Positions 8,114 to 16,405 of a stretch of 19,105 nucleotides of DNA are shown here, piece after piece. Location: contig CAYRPF010000035.1 of the NCBI GenBank assembly GCA_964426185.1, positions 12,570 through 31,674 of the forward strand, read 5' to 3'. The first letter of the stretch is position 1; each line of letters opens with the position of its first letter. The DNA is from an uncultured archaeon. Lineage in GTDB: Archaea; Asgardarchaeota; Lokiarchaeia; Sigyniarchaeales; Promethearchaeaceae. Position numbers and translations under genes: made by a program. The notes under the pieces are model-generated. The model was not told the origin of the DNA. It saw only the letters and a list, made by a program, of their open reading frames with translations, and did not search any database.

Positions 8114-9970
8114 TTATGTTTGTGCCTCCAATAATTCATCTAATGATTTATCAAAACGAGTTACGAATATTTTACGATATTCTTCACAAGTTCTGAGCAA
8201 TTCTTCGTGAGAGCCTTGAGCTTTAATTCTTCCATGTGAAAGTACGAGAATTTTATCAGCCCATCTGATTTGTGAGAGCCGATGAGTAATGATAAAGGTG
8301 GTTCGACCCTTAAGGATCTGTGTTATTGCATATTGAATTTTCTCTTCAGTTTCAGAATCTATAGCTGAGGTAGAATCGTCCAAAATTAGAATTTTAGGAT
8401 TGGATAAAAATGCCCTCGCTATGGCGATTCTTTGCCGTTCTCCCCCGCTTAATTGAACACCTCGTTCTCCGACGGATGTTTCATAACCTTTAGGTAATTT
8501 TAGGATGAAATCATGAGCTTGTGCATCCTTGGCAGCTTTGATCACCGCATCCTTAGAAGCTTTTCTGCCGAAAAGAATGTTTTCATAAATGTTCTTTGAA
8601 AAGAGGAATATATCTTGCTCAATATACGAGATTTGATCCCGAAGAGAATGAAAAGAGTATTTTTGCAGATCGAATCCATCTAATGTAATACACCCAGAGT
8701 CAATATCATACAAACGAGAAATCAACTTAGTTAAGGTGGTTTTTCCCGAGCCAGTAGTACCTACTATAGCAACAGTTTGCCCCGCATAAACTTCAAAGGA
8801 TATATCTTCCAACACTTTGGTTTCGCTTCCAGGATAATGGAAAGAAACATTTTCAAATTTGATGTTCCCTTCAATTTCTCTCTTCAAAGGTGAAGCCGAT
8901 TCAGAGATTTCAGATTCTTGGTTCATTATTCCCAGTAACCGCTCAGCTCCAGCCCAAGCCCGCCTTACTATCGCAAATGCCCAGATACTAATATTTGTAG
9001 GAAATCTTAAACCGCCTAATAAACCAACGTATGCAATGATATCGCCAATGGTCATTGAGCCATGATAATAAAGAATGATGCCATGAATCAAACCACCGGT
9101 AACAGCCAATGCTACCAATAAAATGGGAATATAACGGGCTTGAATTTTTCCTTGAGTAATTCCTAAATTTTTATAACGGCTAGATGAGTATTCATACCGT
9201 TTTTTTGCAGTTTCTTCTTGGGCCATACCTTTGACTATTTCAATACCTGCCAGTGATTCGTTTAAAATGGAGTTCAAATTTCCATATTCCATTTGCAAAT
9301 CGACACTTACTGGACCAAGTTGATCCACATAGAGCTTCAAGGTATAAATAAATAGTATGCTAAAAATCAAGGGTGTGATTAGTAATTCCAATGGATAAAA
9401 ACGGATGATTAAAATAATTGGCAAGAGAACATTGATAAATGCTTCGAAAATCAAAGAAAGCGCAGGAGATATAAGATAATTCAATTGACGGACATCATTG
9501 GTAGCTCTTGCCATGATATCTCCAATTTTCTGGCGATCATGGAAACTTTGGCTTTTACCCAAGAGATTTACATATAATTCATAGCGTGCATCGCGCTCCA
9601 AGCGTTGAGCCAATAATTCTCTGGTCATATTTGCCACTAAATCAATAATTGGAGATAAAACTCCAAAGAGAAGGATTAAAAGAAGAAAATTTCTGAAGAG
9701 TTCTTCATTAGTAATTTTGAGAGCGTCAATTGCATTTCCAATATATTGTTTCATTTTTGCGAATAGAAATGCAGATAACACCACTAAGCTTAACCAAGTA
9801 AAAACTATAATTGAATTAATGCGATAAAATATATGATGCAATATCCAATAAGTTGCTCCTTTTCGACGACTTTTCATAAAAGGATCATATTCTGGATGAA
9901 ATTCTAAGATATCATTATATTTATCAAACTGCTTTATCATTCTGATGAGCAAGGATAGATCTATTAACAA
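8114..9970 (-). CDS. ABC exporter half-transporter (TMD-NBD), subunit with degenerate Walker B; true start may be ATG at 9940
   Basis: TM helices, Walker A GTTGSGKT, signature LSGGERQR, Walker B ILILDDST (Asp in place of catalytic Glu) and ITHRL. The TAA stop abuts the next gene's ATG (TAAATG). Confidence 0.95.
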   Translation of the reverse strand: MLIDLSLLIRMIKQFDKYNDILEFHPEYDPFMKSRRKGATYWILHHIFYRINSIIVFTWLSLVVLSAFLFAKMKQYIGNAIDALKITNEELFRNFLLLILLFGVLSPIIDLVANMTRELLAQRLERDARYELYVNLLGKSQSFHDRQKIGDIMARATNDVRQLNYLISPALSLIFEAFINVLLPIILIIRFYPLELLITPLIFSILFIYTLKLYVDQLGPVSVDLQMEYGNLNSILNESLAGIEIVKGMAQEETAKKRYEYSSSRYKNLGITQGKIQARYIPILLVALAVTGGLIHGIILYYHGSMTIGDIIAYVGLLGGLRFPTNISIWAFAIVRRAWAGAERLLGIMNQESEISESASPLKREIEGNIKFENVSFHYPGSETKVLEDISFEVYAGQTVAIVGTTGSGKTTLTKLISRLYDIDSGCITLDGFDLQKYSFHSLRDQISYIEQDIFLFSKNIYENILFGRKASKDAVIKAAKDAQAHDFILKLPKGYETSVGERGVQLSGGERQRIAIARAFLSNPKILILDDSTSAIDSETEEKIQYAITQILKGRTTFIITHRLSQIRWADKILVLSHGRIKAQGSHEELLRTCEEYRKIFVTRFDKSLDELLEAQT

Positions 9971-10030
9971 TTTTACTATTTTTATTTATTGAAGTTCGTA
10001 ATAGCATGAATAATGATAAATTAAAAAGGT

Positions 10031-10046
10031 AAAAACTCTTTATAGA
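10031..10046 (+). promoter_or_regulatory. Putative BRE/TATA promoter for the 10063 gene (possibly leaderless)
   Basis: AAAAACTC-TTTATAGA: an A-run followed by TTTATA at 10039-10044, about 19 bp before the ATG at 10063. Confidence 0.45.
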
Positions 10047-10062
10047 GGAATGAGATACATAA

Positions 10063-11118
10063 ATGCAGCCATATCATTTTATCAATCTATCTTTTGAAGA
10101 ACTTCAATATTTTCCGGAAAAGATGAGAAGATTGGTACAGAAATGGCAAGATCCCTGCATGAAAATTGATCGTTTAATTGCGACCTCACCCCAAAATATG
10201 ATAGAATTTCTGAAACAGGCATTTACTTCAAAAGAATCAATAAAAAAATCTCATTCTTCCACAACAAAGCTCATTCTCAATATTTTTTGCATCCCTTATA
10301 TCGATAAAATATTACAATTATTCCAAAATCTTTCAATTAATGTCCAAATGGAGATTTTATGCGATAATTCATGCAATTTAGCAGCAGAAAATGAGTTAAT
10401 TAATAATCTCTTGGAACAATTCCCCGTACTTTCAATCCCGAGATTTTCATTTATCCATTCTCAAGTTCATCTTGATTTCACAGCCAAAAGACCCATTTCT
10501 AGAAAAAGGAATCGCAATCCCCCTCTTAAATTCCAGAAAAAGCTGAAATCGAAGTTTCTTCAATATTTTCCTGCTTGTTTGGGTTCAGAATATTATGGAA
10601 ATGCCGTATTTAACATCTTTGAACAACTTTTCCTTAAATCTAGAATGCACATGGATGAAGAAGAAAAAATACAATATAATTCAACTTTGAAACCTATGGA
10701 ATTACCACTTCCGCCAAGTCCTATGAAGTACTATGATTTGCAAAACGAACAGCAAAATTGGATTGAATTACGCCTTAGTAATTATTTTGAATATCCTTTT
10801 TTCATTCAATTGATGGAATTAATTCAAAAAAACCTTGATACTTCGAAATTTCAGCTGTTCCGCAGTTCTTTTTGGTATGATTCATGGATGGATGGCATAC
10901 AATTCCGGCGAGCTTCACATGATCAAGTTTTATTCTCCCAAAGAGACATTGAATTTGCCTTTTATCAACAGAATCCAGAATTACTCTCTCTAATGAAAAA
11001 ACGACTTGGCTTTGGCACACTTTATTTTCAATTGACTGCTCCAATAGAAGATAATGATTTTCGAGTCAATCTTCTAGGAAATTTATGTGCAGAACACAAT
11101 TCCTTCCAGTTTCGTTAA
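10063..11118 (+). CDS. Hypothetical protein (351 aa, no recognisable domain)
   Basis: Long ORF in AT-rich DNA, divergent from the ABC genes, with an upstream TATA-like element. No motif recognised. Confidence 0.8.
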   Translation: MQPYHFINLSFEELQYFPEKMRRLVQKWQDPCMKIDRLIATSPQNMIEFLKQAFTSKESIKKSHSSTTKLILNIFCIPYIDKILQLFQNLSINVQMEILCDNSCNLAAENELINNLLEQFPVLSIPRFSFIHSQVHLDFTAKRPISRKRNRNPPLKFQKKLKSKFLQYFPACLGSEYYGNAVFNIFEQLFLKSRMHMDEEEKIQYNSTLKPMELPLPPSPMKYYDLQNEQQNWIELRLSNYFEYPFFIQLMELIQKNLDTSKFQLFRSSFWYDSWMDGIQFRRASHDQVLFSQRDIEFAFYQQNPELLSLMKKRLGFGTLYFQLTAPIEDNDFRVNLLGNLCAEHNSFQFR

Positions 11119-11169
11119 ATTAGTAATTTAAAAATAAAATTTTTCAGCCGTGAAATATTTCTCTATTTA

Positions 11170-12624
11170 ATGAGCTCGATCCCAGCAAAAGAATTATTCA
11201 AAAAGGGAGAAGTCTATCTCAAGAAAGCCCAAAAATTCTATCATAGTCAACAATTTAAAGAAGCAAATCGTTGGTTGGATCAAGCTTTAGAGAAATTTCA
11301 AGCAGCCGATGCTATTTTCAAAGAGGCAGAAGTGTTGGATATAAAAGGAAATATTGCAGAATTTGAAGGACGATTTAAAGATGCTTTGAATTTTTTCCAA
11401 CGTGCTGCTAAGGTCCGTCAAGATCGATCTAATTTCCTTTTACAAGGTTTGTCATTTTATAATTTAGCTCGAGCTTACTTTCATTTATCTCAATACGAAG
11501 AATCTCTATCTACTGCATTAAAATCTTATGACTTATTTGAAATGGGCGAACCCAGCCAAAAGAAAGCTGAAATTATGTTATTACTAAGCCAAATTTACTA
11601 CGCTCAGCAAAATTACAAATCAGCTGCATTCTACCTTTCATTAACTCAGGAATTTCTTGAAAAACACCCTAATTATGCCTTTGAACTTCTTGTAATTGAA
11701 GATATGGCCCACATTTCATTTCAATTGGGAGAGTTGGAAAAAGCAGAAAAATATTACCTAAAAGCTTTGCAACGGGAACATGAATTAGGAAATTTCATGA
11801 TTGTATTGAATATTTTATCTGCCTTAATGGAATTATATGTAGAAATGGAAGATTTTAAAGAAGTAAAAAAAATTTTGACAGATTTCATCAAAATGGAAAA
11901 AGTACTATACAATACTTTTACTTTACATGAAAAAAGCAAGTTTCATTTTCAAGCGGCAAAAATATTGTATGAACTGGGAGAATTTTCTAGTTCTGCCGAA
12001 TATTGTGAAGAAGCCATTGAAAATAACGAATTACAACCCTCGCCTGATCTGAATCTTCTCGCCCAAGAATTAATCTTGATGTCAAAAAACCTAATTCACA
12101 CCCTCGGTGGAGAATCTATCGAAAACTTAGATAAAATTACTCCCTACTTAGAAGAAGCAAAAGAACATGCTCAAAAAGCAGGAAATTTTCATCCCCAAAT
12201 CGAAATTTTGCTTATTTATGAACGAATTGCCCGCTTAAAGGCAGATATTCATGCAGCAAAGAATTACCAAGAAACTGCTATGAAATTAGCCCAAGAATCT
12301 TCTCACAAGGATGAATTAGGTATCGCTGAAATTTGGGAAGAAAAAGCCATAGAAGCCCATAAGCAAGGAAATTTGGAACAAGCCCGCGAATATTTTCAAA
12401 ATGCTCAGAAAAGTTTTATGTTTGCAAAAGAGTATCGCCACTTAGCAAGTGTTTATTATAATTTAGCGTGTGTTTCGGCAAGACTTCATCTTCCAGAAGA
12501 TGTACTTCATTATTTAGAGAAAGCTATTCATTCCAATCCAAAATTTCGAAAACTTGCCAGTTGCGATGAAGATTTTCATGGCTTACATGAAAATGAACTC
12601 TTTTTGCAGTTGATAAAAGAGTGA
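11170..12624 (+). CDS. Tetratricopeptide-repeat protein with C-terminal TPR capping domain
   Basis: Multiple TPR-like units (FYNLARAYFHLSQYEESL; MAHISFQLGELEKAEKYYLKAL). The C-terminus YYNLACVSARL...YLEKAIHSNPKFRKLASCDEDFHGL matches the common YNLAC...DxDF TPR terminal domain. Confidence 0.9.
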   Translation: MSSIPAKELFKKGEVYLKKAQKFYHSQQFKEANRWLDQALEKFQAADAIFKEAEVLDIKGNIAEFEGRFKDALNFFQRAAKVRQDRSNFLLQGLSFYNLARAYFHLSQYEESLSTALKSYDLFEMGEPSQKKAEIMLLLSQIYYAQQNYKSAAFYLSLTQEFLEKHPNYAFELLVIEDMAHISFQLGELEKAEKYYLKALQREHELGNFMIVLNILSALMELYVEMEDFKEVKKILTDFIKMEKVLYNTFTLHEKSKFHFQAAKILYELGEFSSSAEYCEEAIENNELQPSPDLNLLAQELILMSKNLIHTLGGESIENLDKITPYLEEAKEHAQKAGNFHPQIEILLIYERIARLKADIHAAKNYQETAMKLAQESSHKDELGIAEIWEEKAIEAHKQGNLEQAREYFQNAQKSFMFAKEYRHLASVYYNLACVSARLHLPEDVLHYLEKAIHSNPKFRKLASCDEDFHGLHENELFLQLIKE

Positions 12625-12779
12625 ATTTCCAACTCTGGAAGCAGCGACTTTTTTAATATTAATTCTTAAACGATATTTCAAACGGGAAGAAATTCCGAAG
12701 TAAGGGAGAAACGCAAGAAAAATTTGGACATCAAAGCCATACGGGGACAGATTTGCAAAGAGATCTTTCAAATTAGACA

Positions 12780-12867
12780 TTTTTTTGTCGGATGGATAAA
12801 TGACGACTATGGTATCCCTTCTTTGGTGCATTATGTCGGGCAAATCAGCAAGTGTCCGACAAAAAAA
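12780..12867. repeat. 13-bp perfect inverted repeat TTTTTTTGTCGGA / TCCGACAAAAAAA
   Basis: Arms at 12780-12792 and 12855-12867 with a 62-bp spacer. They are part of a cluster of WGTCG motifs. Confidence 0.6.
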
Positions 12868-12941
12868 AATCTGATGTTTATTGAGGGTGAGTTTATGGGG
12901 ATTTCCTAAATAACATCTCCCCTTTTTTAAAGTCGGGCGAC

Positions 12942-12978
12942 AAAAAAAGAAAGAGTTGAGAATTAACTCCTTTTTTTA
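12942..12978. terminator. Hairpin flanked by A- and T-tracts (terminator-like)
   Basis: A-rich run, then GAGTTGA-GAA-TTAACTC, then C and a T-run. Confidence 0.35.
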
Positions 12979-13261
12979 CGAATAATATCGTTTTATGTCG
13001 AGATTACAATTTATTCTGACTCTTTTGAATCATTTTCTGCAATTCTTTTTAGTTTAGCCTTTAAATAACTCTCTCCCCTTTGATATTATTAACTCACTAT
13101 GGTGATGATATGTTCATCATGTCTGGGCGTCTTTCAGATAATAAGTGGGTTGATATTGACAAACGAAATTTAATGAGTTGGGGATATTATGGGGATGTGT
13201 GGCTCCATTTCTGTTTCCCTACATTTCCAAATGTTTGTTGGGTTTTGTTCATTCATCAGGA

Positions 13262-13612
13262 ATGAAAAAACTCGTTAATAATAATAAAATCAGGATGTGT
13301 GTGAAAAAAATGTGTTCAATGTATCGAAAATACTTATTAAAAAGAGATTTTTGGGCTGTCCCAAAAAAAAATGGAGAAGAACCAAACTGTTATGTGAAAC
13401 ATGATGTACATGTTGGTGGTATTTATGCCTACCTAAAACATCGAGGAGTAAAAATATCCGTGCAGGGAGAAACACGGTATTTCAACAATTTTTCTGATCT
13501 GGACCAATTCTTGGATCAGTTGAAAATATCAACTAGATCCGAGAATTCGGAATTTATGGCTATTCTTAATCGACGCACTACAACTAAGTTGCTTCGTCAA
13601 ATTCCCTTATAG
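13262..13612 (+). CDS. Small hypothetical protein (about 100-116 aa; start uncertain among ATGs at 13262-13320)
   Basis: 3' part of the 13178..13612 ORF. It has globular alpha/beta-like composition (GGIYAYLKHRGVKISVQGETRYFNNFSDLDQFLDQL) and ends 15 bp from the convergent hydrolase stop. Confidence 0.6.
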   Translation: MKKLVNNNKIRMCVKKMCSMYRKYLLKRDFWAVPKKNGEEPNCYVKHDVHVGGIYAYLKHRGVKISVQGETRYFNNFSDLDQFLDQLKISTRSENSEFMAILNRRTTTKLLRQIPL

Positions 13613-13627
13613 AATTCCCAATTCTTA

Positions 13628-14533
13628 CTATTTTTCCTCCTTCTCTTTTAAAAACCGATCGATATACTGGAATGTGGTTACCGCTTTCCCGATTGCGACA
13701 TCATGATTTGCTTCTGGCACAATAATTAATTGAGATTTTCGAATTAACTGGTTAAGCACTTTAGAATAACGGATAGGCGCATCGATATCTTCATCACCGA
13801 CTAAAATTAAGGTAGAAACATTAATCCGAGGCAAAAGATTTCGTATGTCAAACAGACGCATGTTTTCTAATCCTTGAATAGTCGCAGCATAACTGGTAAA
13901 AAGTGTTCTCCCGCCAGTATTGTATTTGGTTCCCCACATGGGAAAATGTTCTAAGCCTAATGGTTCATGTCCTGCTTTTTTCCCCAGATATTTTTGCCAG
14001 AAATGTTTTTTGTAGTATTGGATAAAGAACCAGTATAGAATTTTCGCAAATGGTCGATCCACCCAATAAGCGGAAGTAGCTATCAGAACCAATTTTTCTA
14101 AATATTCAGGTTGTTCTATTGCGAGTAACTGCGAAATGCACCCCCCCATGGAATGAGCAATAATTACCACCTTTTTAAAATTAAATTTAGCAAGTATCAC
14201 TTTTTGGATAAACTTATCAATATCTTTTTTCATAGTTTCAAAGGAAAAATCATTTGTAGCTTGCTTCTGCGACCATCCATGTCCACGTAAATCCAAACGA
14301 AAAACAGGGTATTGAGATTGAGCAAGTTGAATATATAATGGATGTAATCGAAGACGGTTAGCTGTCCAGCCGTGGATCAATAAAATGGCTGTTTGCTCGG
14401 AAGATGAAGAATCATTCTTGCATTCATAATAAATTTGTACATCATTAATGATAGCATATCGTTCTTCGGAAATTTCATATTCTAAGGCGTTTGGATGGAT
14501 TTGGTGTTGTTCAGTTGAATTCATAAAAGGCAT
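13628..14533 (-). CDS. Alpha/beta hydrolase (Abhydrolase_1 family)
   Basis: Oxyanion motif LLIHGW, RLDLRGHGWS, nucleophile elbow AHSMGG, acid residue in LVGDED and catalytic His in EANHD. Confidence 0.93.
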   Translation of the reverse strand: MPFMNSTEQHQIHPNALEYEISEERYAIINDVQIYYECKNDSSSSEQTAILLIHGWTANRLRLHPLYIQLAQSQYPVFRLDLRGHGWSQKQATNDFSFETMKKDIDKFIQKVILAKFNFKKVVIIAHSMGGCISQLLAIEQPEYLEKLVLIATSAYWVDRPFAKILYWFFIQYYKKHFWQKYLGKKAGHEPLGLEHFPMWGTKYNTGGRTLFTSYAATIQGLENMRLFDIRNLLPRINVSTLILVGDEDIDAPIRYSKVLNQLIRKSQLIIVPEANHDVAIGKAVTTFQYIDRFLKEKEEK

Positions 14534-14864
14534 TTTTTCTTCATCAGCTTTAAAGGCAGTGGAATTTTAAAATGTTGAGTAAGAATTAGTTCTGAGTAAA
14601 AACTTTTAGGAAAAAATTGGTATAGTGTTTAGTAGGATAGTTAGGGAAGCACATTAATCATTTCAGTTTTCACTTTTTAATATTGAAAAAAATTTCCAAT
14701 TAATGAAGACAATGTTGGAATATTTTCAAATATGAAAAGCAAAATAGGAAAACTTGTATAGTAAAATTGGAATAACTCTAAAACGAAACCATAAAGCCTA
14801 CCTAAACCAATAATGTAACAATAGAAATATTTGATTACCATCAATACTCTATAACGTGAATCAT

Positions 14865-15104
14865 ATGCAAATACGAATTAACTATACATCTGAAATCGAT
14901 CACACCATAATAGATGAAATAAATTTTATTCGGGATGAATTTGACATTCTATTCGGGCAAAAAACATTATATACTTCTGAAGATCGTCAATTGGCTCGAA
15001 AATTACTGAATCACCTTTCAAAAATAATCAATTCCGCAAATTGCTTGGATTACTTAACCCAAACTCTTGAAGATTTAGAGGACTCTTTTCCAACTTTATT
15101 TTAA
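14865..15104 (+). CDS. Small acidic helical hypothetical protein (79 aa from ATG at 14865; track start is GTG at 14856)
   Basis: Amphipathic helical pattern (IIDEINFIRDEFDILF; LARKLLNHLSKII; LTQTLEDLEDSFPTLF). It fills the gap between the hydrolase and actin genes and converges with the actin gene. Confidence 0.7.
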   Translation: MQIRINYTSEIDHTIIDEINFIRDEFDILFGQKTLYTSEDRQLARKLLNHLSKIINSANCLDYLTQTLEDLEDSFPTLF

Positions 15105-15112
15105 TTTATGAG

Positions 15113-15125
15113 AAAAAAAATTTTT
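15113..15125. terminator. A8/T5 tract between convergent genes (bidirectional T-tract terminator candidate)
   Basis: AAAAAAAATTTTT in the 26-bp gap between the stops at 15104 and 15131. Confidence 0.35.
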
Positions 15126-15130
15126 AGGGC

Positions 15131-16249
15131 TCAAGCTTTCAATAATTCTTCACTAATTCCTTCTTCATAATATCTTTTACGATTAATCCATCTATCTTGA
15201 AATTCAGGTAACATAGCCAATATAGACCCGCCAACCCAATTTGAGAGAGAGCGCCCTTTAGGTGCAATTATATGCACATCTTGCGCAATTTTTCCCATAT
15301 TCACAAGTGTCTCTTCTAATTCTCTCTTTAAACGAATTTCCAAAAAGGGAAATAAAGAACTTCCTCCTGTTAAAAAGATGTTTGCCAACAAATCGCGGCG
15401 AATATCCACATCACAAGCTTCAACCACATTATTTATGGCTACAGGCAGTGATTCTACATCTAAACTCATCAATTGGGGCTGAAAAAGTAATTCTGGCACT
15501 AAAAACCTAGTAGCACCTAAAACAACTTTACTAGAATCGGGTAGTTCATATTCTCTTTTAAATTTATCTGCTTGGGTAATATCGGTCTCAAAATCAACAG
15601 AACAAAAACAAGCTTGCTCCTTTAATCCTCGGATGATATTTCTCTGCACCGCACTTTCAACCGAAACCCCCAATTCCTGCATTTTTTTTTGCATAAATTG
15701 ATCAAGTACATTGCCGCCCAATGGTAAAAATTTGATGGCATGTTCGATAATATAACCTTTGTATATAGGAGTAATCCGAATATTAGCGGCACCCATGTCT
15801 ACAATCAATCCAGTGTCAAATCCCCCAGAATACATGGTTAATAAAGCACCCCGAACTGGGTAATAACCAGCTTGATATTTCTCAATAAAAAGTTGAAACA
15901 GGCGGATTTTCGATTCTCGGGATAAAAATGGATTAGTTGTGAATAAAACATTACAAACAGAAGGATCAACTCGCAGAACATAGAAAATATAATCGATTAC
16001 TGCTTCAAAATGCGTCCAATCTACTATTTCACCACCATTGTCTATTGGATGGTGAACCTTATATAATCCCAAAGAATCAATTATTTCATTGCCGATATAG
16101 AGTTGCTTTTTTTCTTCTATGCCTATAGCTTTATATTTTGGACTACCTGTTATAGTATAAAAGACATCCCGAGGTTGATTCTCCCCCGCAAATCCAATCT
16201 TCGAAGAAAATTGACCAATATCTAATACGATGGTGTTTAGATTTTCCAT
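15131..16249 (-). CDS. Actin-family protein (divergent Asgard-type actin-related protein); likely start ATG 16249 (track start 16279)
   Basis: Colinear with actin: IVLDIGQFSSKIGFAGENQPR (phosphate-1), LYIGNE, TGLIVDMGAANIRITPIYKGY (phosphate-2), LKEQACF, YELPD, RFLVPELLFQP, CDVDIRRDLLANIFLTGGSSLFP (adenosine motif) and SNWVGGSILA. AAGGA lies upstream of ATG 16249. Confidence 0.95.
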   Translation of the reverse strand: MENLNTIVLDIGQFSSKIGFAGENQPRDVFYTITGSPKYKAIGIEEKKQLYIGNEIIDSLGLYKVHHPIDNGGEIVDWTHFEAVIDYIFYVLRVDPSVCNVLFTTNPFLSRESKIRLFQLFIEKYQAGYYPVRGALLTMYSGGFDTGLIVDMGAANIRITPIYKGYIIEHAIKFLPLGGNVLDQFMQKKMQELGVSVESAVQRNIIRGLKEQACFCSVDFETDITQADKFKREYELPDSSKVVLGATRFLVPELLFQPQLMSLDVESLPVAINNVVEACDVDIRRDLLANIFLTGGSSLFPFLEIRLKRELEETLVNMGKIAQDVHIIAPKGRSLSNWVGGSILAMLPEFQDRWINRKRYYEEGISEELLKA

Positions 16250-16405
16250 ATTGAATTCCTTCATAAGCGAGAATTTCATGATGTGATTATGTTATATCGG
16301 TGAAGAACTACTACTAATTAGGTATTCTTCTTTTTTCTTAAAAATATTGTGTGGTTTAACTTTGAAGAAAGATACTGAAAAATCCGCAAAAAAATCAATA
16401 AAATT

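Noticed and set aside
2630-9065. Short overlapping ORFs in the track (2630..3013, 3010..3216, 3128..3358, 3746..3958, 5693..5902, 7572..7796, 8859..9065)
   Set aside because: They are nested in or antisense to well-supported genes and have no motifs.
12622-12670. Selenocysteine read-through of TGA stops (TPR, PNPOx-like and actin genes)
   Set aside because: The proteins appear complete at the TGA, in-frame stops follow shortly where checked, and there is no redox motif context or recognisable SECIS.
12583-12909. ORFs 12583..12843 (-) and 12724..12909 (+)
   Set aside because: Both have non-ATG starts, no RBS and no motifs. The first overlaps the TPR gene end, and both cross A/T homopolymer-rich regulatory-looking DNA.
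13102-13170. GTGATGA as the C box of a C/D-box sRNA
   Set aside because: No CTGA D box was found at a suitable distance downstream.
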